Under the pieces are notes generated by a model, which did no database searches, was not told where the DNA came from, and saw only the letters and a program-made list of their open reading frames with translations. The translations under genes and the position numbers were made by a program. Below, piece by piece: positions 25,701-37,828 of a stretch of DNA of 64,000 nucleotides. Positions within the stretch are counted from its first letter, which is position 1. The number at the start of each line of letters is the position of its first letter. Source of the DNA: Botryllus schlosseri (Eukaryota); assembly GCA_051294905.1 (NCBI GenBank), contig CM119384.1, positions 4,836,001-4,900,000 on the forward strand, given 5' to 3'.

Positions 25701-28700
25701 TTCTACCGGCCCCAAGACACTTACCACGTGCCGACCAGGAGATTTCTCATGAAAGAGGTTGGTGGCTCGGGATGCGTGCGTTGAGATTTGAAGTGCGAAT
25801 GGTTGTGCGTGTTTTTAGGTGTTCAAGAGCGATTATTACAACACGGTGAGGATGAGCTGCGTGAAAGGGAAGTGCTTTGTCATGATTGGGAAGGACTATT
25901 TCAAAATGAAGCCTGTCGGTGGGTTTGTCGTTTATTTCTTTCTTTAATTTCTCTTTCGGCATGAAATTATAGGGTCTAGGCCGGTGGTTCTCAACCAGGG
26001 GTTCCCGTAACGTCTAAATTTGAAAAATTATTGATAGCATAATTTGTAATTGTTTTTTATTAAGAAAGCATGAGACAGTTTCGCTTCATTATTGCTAAAA
26101 CTCCAGGACTATCGTCATTAGAATAGTCGTATGAGATAAAATATCCTACTGTGCAAACTCATTTTGATCGCCAAATTGCCAACAGCCTGCTGAAATTCCT
26201 GAATTTTTATCCTAATCTGTCCTAATGAAGGGATTGAAACCTCGCCACGGAATCCATTTTCTCCTTTGATATACATAACCACTATTCCAGAATAATTTCA
26301 AGACGAGATGCTAGATAGAAATGACTATCGGCTGGACGTTATATGCTCATTAAATACTCTGGTTCTCAATTTTTGTTCCATATATACCCAAAGCTGTCGT
26401 CGCAAGCGTGGCACGTTGATATTACATTCGTCGTCGCCTATCTATGTGGAAATATTTTCGGCGCTCGTTCATATCAAATCGGAGACGGGGTTTTTCGAGA
26501 CAATAAATACTGCTTCGAAATAATAAAAGGTTCAAAAGGGGTCCGCGAAGACAAAAAAGTTGATCGGACTTGGACAGCTAAAAAATTTCAGCTTTTTCGC
26601 ATCAAATTAAGATTTGAAATACTGAATGTGCAAAATATTGGAAATCGAGTTCAGCTCGTGTCAAATCAGTGATCATTTTCTTGAGCATAATAATGGCAAA
26701 TGTATGTATAGCAAGCTCGTCGTGTTTCGGTCTTTCCAAAGAATGATGGTATTTGAAGTCTCGCACACATTTCATTCTCGCCGCAGGCTACATCGAAGAC
26801 GACGTTTACGTTTGCGTGTCCCGGTATTCGAGCCGTGTGAAGTCGTTCAAACGCATCAAAGTACTCAGCCTCCCGCCGAACAACACAAAAATCGTGCAGC
26901 GAGAGAAGCCGCTGTTCCCGGTCCGAGTTTTGTCCGTGTACTCCGAGCAAGGACAGGTACTCGCAAAGATTTTGTGCGGCTTTAACATTTCTAGCACCTA
27001 GTATAGGGCTCGTACAAACTATCTGTACTGTACATTTTAGGATAGCGCCGACGCGCCAAAGCTTTCCGACATGCACGGCCCGTTAGTACGAGACAACTTG
27101 CCTTGGCCTAACACTCCGATCGTGAAAAAACGTCCTAACGTGCAAGTGGAACTGGACAAGCAGCCGTTGGCCGCAGGTCAGTTTTCGTAGCTACCCTGTT
27201 GAAAATCTCTGACGCCATCTTCTCTTGCAGGACAACAGACCAGCTACCTTCAGTACAATATCAACAACTTGCACTTGAAGGTCGGCGATAGCGTGTATGT
27301 TCAACAGAACGGGAGTGATCGTCGGTTGAAGGTTAGTGAGTGGGGTGTATCAGCTTTTCGTAAATGCGTTATTTGTAGAGCTGAACAAAATTGAGTACCT
27401 GAATCGAGTATTGGGCTTTTAATCTAGTATTCAAGTATCACGCATTATCACGTAAAACATTATGAATGATGTGAAAAGTTCATATATGGATTTTTATACC
27501 ACTAAGAAAATAATGCCAGTCATACATCACATAAGGATAACGAGGTATACCTATTACATTTCACTGCCTGGGAATTCTGCTGGTTGAACACCCTTCACGT
27601 AAATTTCGTTTTCTCTATTTAGTGGTTAGCTTTGTACGATGTTTCAGCCGCTGTGACACGGCTCATTCGCTATTTTAAGGACTCCACAACGGGAAGAAAC
27701 TATTGTGCATAGCTTTGTGTTGTAGGTGTAGGATGTTGTGATACGACGTATAGGGCTTCACGGCTTCCACGTTGGGAAAAAGCATTGAAACAATAATTCT
27801 TGTTAAAGACGTAACTCTCAGTAACTTTCAGTACTCGAAAACGCCGTCTCCCACTACTCAACTCGATTTAGTGGGATTTCAGTGGTCAATCATTTTACTA
27901 GTTATTTGTGGCAGAGCTGGAGGAAACTAGTGAAATAAGATAAGTAGTTGATAAATACTTCTGTGGCTTGTAAGGTCGTTGTAACCCCATCGTCAGTGAT
28001 GTTTTCCTGTGTTCACAAGAGAATAGTTTCCATCTCACAAAAATCTCGAAAAATAGTCTCCCGTTTGTGATGTGGCGGCGTGGCATATTCTCAGCGATAT
28101 TGTGAGCTGCTCTTTGGTTTATAACGCTGAACCTTCCGTTAAGATCGCTAGGATTGAATCGATGTGGTCCGATCAGAACGGTATGATGTGGTTTCAAGGA
28201 TCTTGGTTCGCGCAACCCTGCGAGACGCAGCACGAGCCTACCAGGATGTTTTACAAGTGAGTATCTGGGAAGTTGGATTATGTCGTCATCAATATGTCGA
28301 GTTGTTTAGGAGGTGTGACAGTAGTAGCACTGCCAACCGCTGTGTGGCGATGTGTATTGAGTGCAACCTTTTTCACACACAGGCCGGATATAATTAGGCT
28401 GTAAATCTGCTGACCGCACAAGACCGTTTTAGTAGTTGCAAGTCTCGCGATCTTATTAAGAAGTTGTAACGGTGATGGCCGGACTTATCAATACGATTTT
28501 ATATTAGACTGTCTATGTAGCAATTACTCAAGCTAAACAGAAGGAGTTTTTGTTTCATCTCAAAATAGTAGCGTAAGCCATCTGTAAACCTCGTATATAG
28601 TAATTTACATGCCGGTGACGTCATGCTTGGTGATACGACTGTTGATATATGTTCTGTTGAATTCTCTACTAGTTGCTGACGATTACCTCTCAAGACTGTC

Positions 28701-31700
28701 AGGCGAAAATATTATTCAATTTTGTCAAAAATATTGTTGTGTGAACTCAGCTTTTTTTATTTTGCCAAATTGTTACTTCTTTACTTTAACCAACTCTGGA
28801 AGCAGCTACTCTCACTTTTGCAGAAACGAAGTCTTTTTGCTCTCTTTCACTTCGACCCACAGCGACGAAATCGTCAACAGCAACCCGCCGCCGACCCCTC
28901 TGATGTGGGTGATTGGCGCCTGCTCGGTGCTGTCCGTACGCGAAATGACGCAGTGCCGGCCCACCGAGATCAACGAGCAGCACGTACACGTTTGCGAGTC
29001 GAGGTACATTGCCGCCGACCAGGTGATCAAGAAAATCAAGGGGTCCCTGAAGAAGCCCACGATAAGCCAGAAGGTATGTGTTTTCGGTCGTGCGATAGCG
29101 CGGGACGTGGGCAGTAGTTCGATTCAATTTTTGTCAGCTGTTTGTATGATAAAAAGCAATCTTTTGCAGTAAATAAACCTTTTTTACAAATATAAATAAA
29201 AGCTAGTACAATGGCAAGGCAAACAGTTGCAGTGACAGACAGATTTGGTAATAGTTTAGTAAGTACACAAATTTGTCCAGGCGCAAAGTCACTCTCTGTA
29301 TTATGTCAAATATATGTATTAATTTAGTTGCGTGGTTAGTCAGTTTTGGGTTTGTCAGGCTCTAAATGATCTAATAGCTGGGTATAAATGAACTTCTGAT
29401 AAAACGCAATGTAACCTTCATGAACATCAGTTTAATGATCTCATGTTTGGTGTTATGTAGTAGCTTGGTATTGCATGGTTGTGAATAGCACACTTGGACA
29501 TCGTTATCGAAAGCAGAGTAGGAATTAGATGTTGTCGAATATTCTTGCACTACCTTTGAAAGGGAGAAAAGGATTTACAAATCCTACCCGGCGTAGGATT
29601 CAGAATCAGTTGTGTTATGTATAGATACAGATGACTTGTGATAAGGAATCGGAGACTAGTTAAAATCTGAAGGTCTTTTATCAGACCACCTGAATCGAGG
29701 CGTCAACACTGAGAAATCCCAAATTTCAGTGGCACGTATTGTAGCATCTATGTCAGAATAGCGAGACAGGAAATCAACTAAACGCACAGTTTTTTTCGTC
29801 GTGTTCAGCGCTGGATTTCAGCCGTGTGTTGCATTTTTATTTGCCAGTGGTTCGACGTCAGGTTTCGAAGAAATCAGCGAAGTCTGTACGCCATGTGGAG
29901 AGCCGGTCAGGTATATTTCACGTTTGTGTTGATTATGGGTATTAGAGAGAGGGATCAGATTTATTTTCGTCTGCCCCATCGAGATGCTTTGATGATGGAG
30001 ATGCAATACATTTAAGCAATGTCATGTAGTAGTTCCATATACTACTCAGGCCAATGGTTAATATTGTGGGATGAGCTAATCCCAAGGCTGTGTGTTATGG
30101 TGACAACGTTAGCAGTATCATCCAAAAGCAACGCCCTTTTAAGTTTTCCCTCTGGTGAAGCTTTGGTACTCAGGTAAGAGTCGAAGTCATGTTGTGAATA
30201 TGTACTCGAGTTCAGGTAGTAGTTCGATTCCTAGTAAGTATTGTTGGCTTAGTGTTGCCTTGAAAACTGAAAACCGTTGGGTATTAGTGGGTGTAGTCAA
30301 AAATCAAAACCACTTCAGTAAGTAGTGCGAGTAAGTACTTGAGTACTCCGAAAAAATAGAACTACTTCATTACCGACTACCTCGATGTTACATATATCTA
30401 CGTTCATATGAAAATACAGAATTTGAATATGCAATTAAATGCAAACTGGGTTGTAATGACTAGGGATCATGACTCGAATCGTGATTTTTTGGTGACTCGA
30501 GTCATTCAATTTTTTTGGTGACTCGACTTGTATTCGAGTCATTGTGTGTGCGTGACTTGAACCAAGTCATATGACTTGAGACTAGGGCGGCCAAGACAGA
30601 CATTTCATTGTAACTTCGACGGTTGTAAAGTCATCACATGATCGGTATTTCGCCTATCAGTCCTGATACATGAAAATCAGGCCAGAAACTTTTAAGACTT
30701 GAGAAAACGAATGCGAGCCATTCCTATATCGCTCTAGCGAAGCTAAAAAAGTGTGTTGAACTGAACAGTGAACATAATGACTTGGACTCGCGTCAAAACA
30801 CTATGACTCGGACTCGACCCTTAACTAGCTGACTTAGACTTTACTCGTTAGTGAATTGAAAATGACTCGACTTGACTCAAGTCGATACTACGAAAGTGAG
30901 ATTGACTTGTGACTCGGCGAGTTTTAGCTTTTAATACTTGGTTTTACTTGGGATATCAATATATATAGATCTATATACAGATATTTTAAAATGTCTTGCA
31001 ATATTCAATGTTCTTTTCAATTCTCTACTACTTACAGACGATTACCCCTGACGAGTGTAAGCCTAACATACTCGGGTTTATTTCAATAGGAGTATTGAGT
31101 ATACTATTCAATAATGAACAGTACTATTTCTGTCAATATACATATACAAGTATGTTAATAGATATTTCAGCTGTTTATCGCATCCTTATTCTCATACGCA
31201 AACATGGTTAAACGTTTCTTAGTCACAATTTCACTTAAAAATTTTTCCTTTGTACTAGGTGGTGGATGACGAGTACTTTTACTTCAAAAAAACTCTTGAC
31301 ATTCCGCGAGAGGTTTCCCCGCTGCTGGTCACCGCCGTCAGGCAGGAGATTGTGGAAAGGCAACAGGAGATGCAGCGGGAGCAGGAGGAAGCAAAGAGAA
31401 AGGCGCTGGAGGCTAGTATTTCTTTGACTGGGAATGTAAAGGTCCAGGGAAATTGCATTACGAGTAGTATGCCGAAAACTAACTTGCTCAGTTTTATGCC
31501 CGCCGCAAAGAATATTTTGCCGAATGAACTGGTTGAAAGTAAAACACGATTTTTTCTCAAAAAATGTAACTCGCTAGTTGATCAACTTGTCTGGATTGCT
31601 GGAAAATGCACGCCGCTTTTCGGTCATCTCTATCCACCATAAGCGAATTTATGAGAATTTGAAATTTGAACCGTTGTTAAAAGACTAGTGTTTACGGCGG

Positions 31701-34700
31701 TAAACTTTGCTTACGCTGATTGGGAATCATCCGTATTTCGTGGTCAGTGTTTTTCAGGCAACACGATAATTTTAACAATGCGTTGGTAAATATGAGGGAA
31801 ATAACTTTGTGGGATGGTCGTTTCCATGCCACTCAAATGGTTTTGCTTGTTATGGGATTCCTTTGCCTTAATGTAGAGTTTTTCCTAGTAAGTAGAAAAG
31901 TAAGTAATCCAAGGCTAGTTTTGCTTACATTACTGACAACCTCTGGTATATTGTCTAATAGAGATCCTAACTCTGTCGACAATGTCGCGAAATATCCGCT
32001 TCCGACTGTAATGTATTTTCATCATCGATATTTCGATGAATTCCTGTCATAACTTTTTGCCAAGTACGCTAATCGCAATCCCATTTTCAGGCTTCTCAGC
32101 CCCAAGCTGCCGCCACAGCCCCACCTTACCCCCAACAAATGAACCCGATGATGCAGCAACAGAGGCCTTACATGGTGCAACCCTACCAGCAGGTGCAATA
32201 CCAGAACCCGCAACACATGCAGATACGACCGCAACAGCCGTACATGCAGCAGCAGTACGTCGTACAGCATCACCCGTCTATGCCTCCGCAGCAGTACGCC
32301 CAGCAGTACCAGACCGGGTCGCCGTACCCGCATCTGTCCCAAATTGTACAGGGATCGCCCGCCGGGACTCCGGTCGCAAGCCAGCCCCAGTTACAGCAAC
32401 CGTACCAGCAGCATTACCAACAAGCCCAGCCAGGGATGGTTCATGTTTCGCAGGTGCGTATTTTTTGTGGTCTCTAGCAGACAAAGAGAATATCTTTCCT
32501 GTGGTGCCTTTGGAAAATAATATTACGTTCGGCAAGTTAGTAAGTTCTATTACGTAGTTATTTAGTAGAAAGTCATTACGTTGAATATGAGCCAGTTGAT
32601 AAAAATACAGATGGTTGCGATGTTTTTATAGATTTTAGCTGTTCGATTTTCCCACATATTGAACAGTTTGATGCTCTTAGGTGTTGAGTACTGTGTAGTG
32701 TTGTTTCCGACTAAGTTGTGAGTTCTATGGAGTTATCTGGGTCGAAAGTCGGTATAATTTAGCGTAAATGAAAATACAGATGATTGTACATTTGTGTTAT
32801 CCATACAGATTTTGTGTCGCCCAGATTTTTCCCGCTTTTTGAACAGTTTTGATGGATATTGGTGTTAAGTACCGTGTAGTGTTTCATATTAGTTTTGATG
32901 GAGTGTTAGAAATTATACGAGGCAAGGTTTGTGGTTCCGCTCGTAGTTTCATCTTTGGTCCATTTGTAGTGTTTGCTTCAGTGTATGCAGAATTAGCCAG
33001 AAGATAATGACTGCTGCACGTGCTTTGAAATACCTCTAATCACAAGAATGATGTCGCAATGGTGAAATCGCAGTTTTTTTCATTTTCAATTCCGATGAAA
33101 CTTGAGAAATCTTGAAATTTATCAGTTCGTGAAAAGTGGAAATGCGATGTAATACCTCCTGCGTCGTGAAGCCGATGTTGTGATAGAAATGGGAGAAGAC
33201 TAGCAGCCGTATAGCGGAACTGAAACTCTGGAGATCTTTGAGAAATTTAGTATTAAATGTGATCAGTCTGTGACTTTGAAAGCAACAGACCAAGATTCTG
33301 AAGAATTTTGAGGCATACGAAATGGAAATCCGATGTAATAGTTCCTGGATTGAGGCAATGATGTCGTTATAGAGACGAGAGAAGACTAGCAGCTGTCTGG
33401 TGGCATTGCAACTGTGAAGATTTTGAGAATTTTTTTTTTTCTAATGTAATTTTATTTTTTATTAGATTAATTTGAAACGGGCAGACTAAGATTCTGGACA
33501 ATGTGGCCATATACTAACTGGATCCGATGTTAATAGTTCTAGGATTTCTAAGCGGTTTCATAATTCGAATGAGAGAAGAGGAAAGGCTATTTCGACTCGA
33601 TATACATCGGAGAAAGATTTTGACACAAAAACCATGCGAGTGGACTTATAAGAAAGGAAAAGCGGACGTATCAGAGAAGCGGACGTATCAGAGAGAGTTA
33701 AAGGGAGGACTTCTTGAATCGAACACCGGCGTGCAGACAGAAGAATTATAACTATATTTTTGAATACTGGTGTAGATGAGGAGGGTGCGAAATCTCTTGC
33801 CGGATCTCTTTTCTCTCTCTCTAGTCTCCGATGCAGCCTGGAATGAGACCGGCCAACGCACCTGCCGAAAATACAGACACTCCTGCCAGTACCCCGACCG
33901 CGACTCCGACCACGGCTAAGAAGAAAGTCCGCGGGGGCCACTCTACCGGGTACATTCTGTTTGCGAGCGAATGTCACCCGCGCATGCGGTCCGAACATCC
34001 GACCATGCCTTTTGGAGAGATCAGTAAATTGGTCAGTCGCTTGCATGTACTGTTCATACTTTAACACTGTTGATAGTATTTTGTATATTTTTGTCCTTCA
34101 TGCTTTTGTGGTGTATACAGATACACCGACTCGTATACATACACACAGTCTGTGCATATGCACACTATGAGTGCATGATGTGCATCAGCCGCTGGTCAAA
34201 GAAGGTTCAGATAAAGCCTTGTTAGGCTTTCCAAGTCTTGCACCAGTACTGTTTTATGTTCTACATGAGTATGATCAGTTTCTGGTAGCAAAATTGCCAA
34301 TGCTGATCTTATTGAACGGGAGAATATACTCTTGGACCGAGTTGCATCGACTGTATTTCAAGTCAAATTTTTGACGTAGCAATAAAGCTCGTACTTTCCG
34401 GCAGGTGGGCGAAGAATGGCGCAGTCAAACCGACGAGAAAAAGAGAGAATACGAAGAGAGAGCGAGAGAATTGACTGCCAAGGCGGAAGCGGAAGGCCGA
34501 CCGATGCAAGGGAAAAAGAAAAAGAAACAACAGATGAAAAGGGAGATGGAGGAGGCCGCGGCCGCGGCTCAGCTTCAACAACAGCAGCAGCAGCAACAAC
34601 AACAGCAAATGCAGCAGCAGCAGATGCAGCAACACCCACCGCAGCAGCCACACATTGCCATGCAGGGCCAGCCTGGTATGTGCAATTATGCAGCGTGGCT

Positions 34701-36745
34701 TTTCGTGCACAGTTGTTCTGTGTTCGAAGTTTCCAGTTATTTTAAGCAAAACTAGGTCCAGAATGCTAACTTTTTTACTTACTTGGAAATCACAACATCA
34801 GGTGCCAGTACAAGTAGCAATTTCCAAGTAAGTCGGCCTACTCTAGGGGCAGTGTTGCCTAATAAGCGAAAACTGTAAGAGGATCCATGCATGTGCCGCC
34901 CAAAATTTTATTGATATGCACAAAAAGGTTAAGTACCTCAGTATTACGGGCTACCTCGTGTTGACTTGGGACAAGCTTACCCAATCTCTTTCTCTATGAT
35001 CACGTGCAGTAAGGTATACGGTATGAGCGTTAATCATATCGATCATTTTCACACAGTATCTCATGCCGTGATACAGCAGCCAGCCTACCACCCCGGGCAG
35101 TACCAGGCCACTCCTGGCTACCAGCCGCAGGTGATACCCGTGACTCCACAACATGTGACGCCTCAGCAATACCCTCAGCAAACACCACAAATGGTGGCCC
35201 CCCAGGCGCAGGTGCTTCCTCCGCAATCACAGGCGCACGCGTCCGGATACGCCGCCACGCCGATGAGTTCGGGTCAAGTCGAGCAGGTGTGTGAGTCCGC
35301 AGTAAGGAGTAGTCAACTAGTTTTTGCCTGGAACGTTGTATATTTTTGTCTGTGATGTTTTTTTGCGGCATATACACCGACTCATGATATACATACACAC
35401 TATCTGTGTACTGCATATGCATACCATAAGCGCTGCTGGACAAAGAAAGTGCCGATATAACCTTGTAAGACTTGGCTTTCCAAGTCTTGCAACACCCCTC
35501 CCTGGTAATGCTGAGCGCCAAGTGGGGAAGTCATAGAGGTCTTTGGTCTGACCCGGCTGGGGATTGAACCCACGACCTACAATTCAAGAAGCTGGTCGCT
35601 CCACCATTACGCTATCTTGTCGGGGTAGCGATGTTGACTACTTTCCGCCACTCGCAGTCGGAAATGGGTTCGATAAATCACCAGGTGATCAGCACAAGCT
35701 GTGGGATGTTATATTATGAAAATTTGCAATGAATCGTATGGAATATGTCTCGAATGAGCTTGAGGCGAATCATCATCGTACCAGTATCACGCCATATGAG
35801 TGTGTTGGAAACCGTCGATTTTCTCAAGTTGTGTTTTTACAGGGTTCCCACCATCAAGCTGGCACCGGCATGAGACGCGGGCCGCTCTTTGTCAAACCGC
35901 CTCCGAAGGTCCAGAGGGTTCTGCATTCCGAGGCTTATCTGCGTTACATTGAAGGTAGGGCGATTTCATGTCACGCGTATCGATTTCACCGTTCGTCAAA
36001 GTAGCCAGAGAAGTACAAGTAACGCCGTACATTTCCACTCGATTACAAGTAGAAGTAGGGAGATTTGCAATACATGAATAAGCTACTTCAAAGGTGGCTC
36101 TCAGCATATGCATCTTCGTGACTAAAATGAACCGACTAATGACATTACAAATACATGAAATCGTGATATTGTTTTTTTCACTATGTCACATTGATGAACA
36201 AATTGGCCCAAAAATTTTCAATCCGCCCCTCTCAAATTTTAACCGCACGCCTATGGACAGCAGGACTCGTAAATACCTTATTCCCGTCATTGTGTTCCTT
36301 GAATTCTCATGATCTGGTACCTTTCTTGTGTCAGCCGGCCAAATTAAATGCCAGTTATCTTTTATGGTTACAGCCAGGTCAGCCTGCCAGAGTCACCTCA
36401 GCTGCTAGCTAATTTCGCGATTTTGTTCAGGTCTTGAGAAAGGACAGACCACCATCAGCAACTTCGAGAAGACTCTCTCTGTGGAGGAAAAAGATGTCCA
36501 TCTTCAACCTGCCGACATGGCAAAGTACGCCGATATTGTTAATGCAAATGAATCATATCACAATTTAAGAAAGTGGTGCCACCTTTGCTTATTGGTGACT
36601 ATTGCTAATATCGCCCTTTCGCAGATTGCCAACGCACTGGCTTGCCAACGGGAAAGGCCAGCACGAATCAGTCAAGAGCGCGTTGTGGACTCTCCGTAAC
36701 TTAATGCTGAAAGACGCCTTGGCGATCAAGAACCATTTCGCATGA
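10737..36745 (+). CDS. PBRM1: Polybromo-1 / BAF180 (PBAF subunit), 38 coding exons, about 1781 aa
   Basis: In-frame exon chain: 10737-10826,10905-11002,11426-11573,11846-11962,12319-12429,12720-12878,12968-13077,13298-13364,13819-13905,13966-14136,14788-14931,15425-15523,15580-15676,17031-17233,17871-17990,19009-19185,19637-19753,19971-20098,20566-20609,20987-21042,21621-21758,24245-24385,24450-24557,25563-25757,25819-25918,26787-26956,27041-27176,27231-27331,28144-28256,28824-29073,31259-31411,32091-32453,33825-34031,34405-34675,35057-35286,35843-35954,36431-36524,36625-36745 (total 5346 nt). All introns GT-AG except one GC or alternative donor at 31412. Diagnostic peptides: RRLDVFQEHMF, VYEDAVELHRFFIRIRDELCRNGEILMSPALSYT, VLHSEAYLRYIEG, ALWTLRNLMLKD. 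Confidence 0.95.
18280..18815. mobile_element. hAT-type MITE rich in gactcgagtc palindromes
   Basis: Ends cggggtcgcaac / aacaaccctg; flanks ggtactac and gttactac (7/8 TSD). Related copies at about 21300-21575 and 30461-30925 are in opposite orientation to each other. Confidence 0.75.
21300..21575. mobile_element. Partial gactcgagtc-family element, inverted relative to 30461-30925
   Basis: tcaggactgatag..gtcatatgacttggttcgagtca..gagtcacca is the reverse complement of the 30461-30670 segment. Confidence 0.65.
21845..23290. mobile_element. Non-autonomous piggyBac-type element, 1446 bp
   Basis: TTAA at 21841-21844 and 23291-23294; TIRs ccctttgtaaccggccggccta / tagaccgccggtcgcaaaggg. No recognisable transposase. 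Confidence 0.85.
23295..23620 (+). mobile_element. About 325-bp MITE family
   Basis: Clear reverse-complement similarity to 48410-48729. Fragments also near 17255-17350, 50600-50830 and 61680-61810. Confidence 0.7.
25563..31312 (+). other. PBRM1: PBRM1 BAH1 and BAH2 domains
   Basis: YQPGDFVYV..PHIACIEKLY..YGVWFYRP..RRFLMKEVFKSDYY..VYVCVSRY; LKVGDSVYV..IARIESMW..ETQHEPTRMFY..CRPTEI..VCESRY. Confidence 0.9.
30461..30925. mobile_element. gactcgagtc-family element
   Basis: Dense gactcg/cgagtc motifs at both ends; homologous to 21300-21575 and 18280-18815. Confidence 0.65.
33920..34490 (+). other. PBRM1: PBRM1 HMG box
   Basis: KKVRGGHSTGYILFASECHPRMRSEHPTMPFGEISKL|VGEEWRSQTDEKKREYEERA. Confidence 0.9.
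34086..34235 (-). mobile_element. 5'-truncated copy of the tRNA-derived SINE
   Basis: Matches the reverse complement of the 3' half of 8165-8472 (atacaccgactc..tgcatgatgtgcat..ccgctgg). Confidence 0.7.
35341..35619 (-). mobile_element. Full-length tRNA-derived SINE copy
   Basis: Reverse complement reads caagatagcgtaatggtggagcgaccagcttcttga..gggttcaatcccc..gtcagaccaaagac..cttggcgctcagcattac. Confidence 0.85.
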
Positions 36746-37529
36746 AATCGAACAACTTAGCGGGACAAGGATGATGATTCTGTGTAGGAAATGGAATCAG
36801 CCATTCACCGAATGATAGTGAACAGGGATGGGATTTTTCAGTGACATATCTGTGCTCAAGGATGACTAGTTGTTGTGTTTTTGCATGGGGATCGAACGTT
36901 TTTACTGACGCTACAACGACCGTCGTGGCTTGACTGTTGCGATGAACTTTTGAGAAATTGTAGTGTGGCAATGCTCGTTTTTACTATTTGTATGGTTGGT
37001 AAATGGAATTGTAGTTGGTTGTTTGCGGGGTCGGGAAATTGTTTTGGAGCAACGAAGTTTGCGACTCTTGAAGTTTCTTGTCTAGGGAAGGTTGCGAAAT
37101 GGACTGAAACAGGGGTGTGCGCTGAGCAACTATTTTATCTGGTGTAAGGACTGTCTTCAGACAACACAAATGTTCAACGTGCGTCTCCTTCAGTACAACG
37201 TCGCTTATAGACTGCTCAGCAAGGCAGTAACACTCATTTGCTTTTTTTAAAATAGTTGTCAGTGGTCTTGCACTTGACTGTTCGCGGAACATGCTCAAGA
37301 GACATATCTGAGCTCCGAGTCAGTGGCATATTTGGGTTCGAAGTTATTTCGATAAGGTAAAATCAAAGTTGAAGGGTAAGGAGTATCGCAGAGAATGAGT
37401 TGCTAGTCGCGACTTTCGTCCTTGATTATTGGTTACGGGGACAAATTGCATCGTATTCGTTTGTTACCTTGGTCTTTTGAGTAACGCGACGGCTGTGTGC
37501 TAGCGTGAATATAAGTTGCTATGTTGAGC

Positions 37530-37828
37530 AGGGTTACCATATTTTGGTATCGGAAAAGGACGGTTTTATCAAATCATTAGGGTTAGTTAACCGAAAGTGA
37601 GAACAGCAGATTTTGAAATATTTACTGGAAATCTTGTTGACAAAAAAGGTAATCACTCTGGCTCGACTCCCGAAATTACCCACTTTTTACTTATAGTTCT
37701 GTGGTGTTGACTGAAAAATGTCATTATTCATATTTGACTCCCTCGTGACCCGTCATCTACCTTTTAGGCCAAAATTTAACGTCTTTCGTGTTTTATTTTT
37801 GGAATAAAGAGGACGTATGGTTACCCAA
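37530..37828. mobile_element. hAT-type MITE
   Basis: Imperfect TIRs agggttaccata / tatggttaccc; flanks tgttgagc and tgtcgagc (7/8 TSD). Confidence 0.7.

Noticed and set aside
34358-34749. Minus-strand poly-Ala and poly-Leu ORFs
   Set aside because: Antisense shadows of the PBRM1 CAG-rich poly-Q exon.
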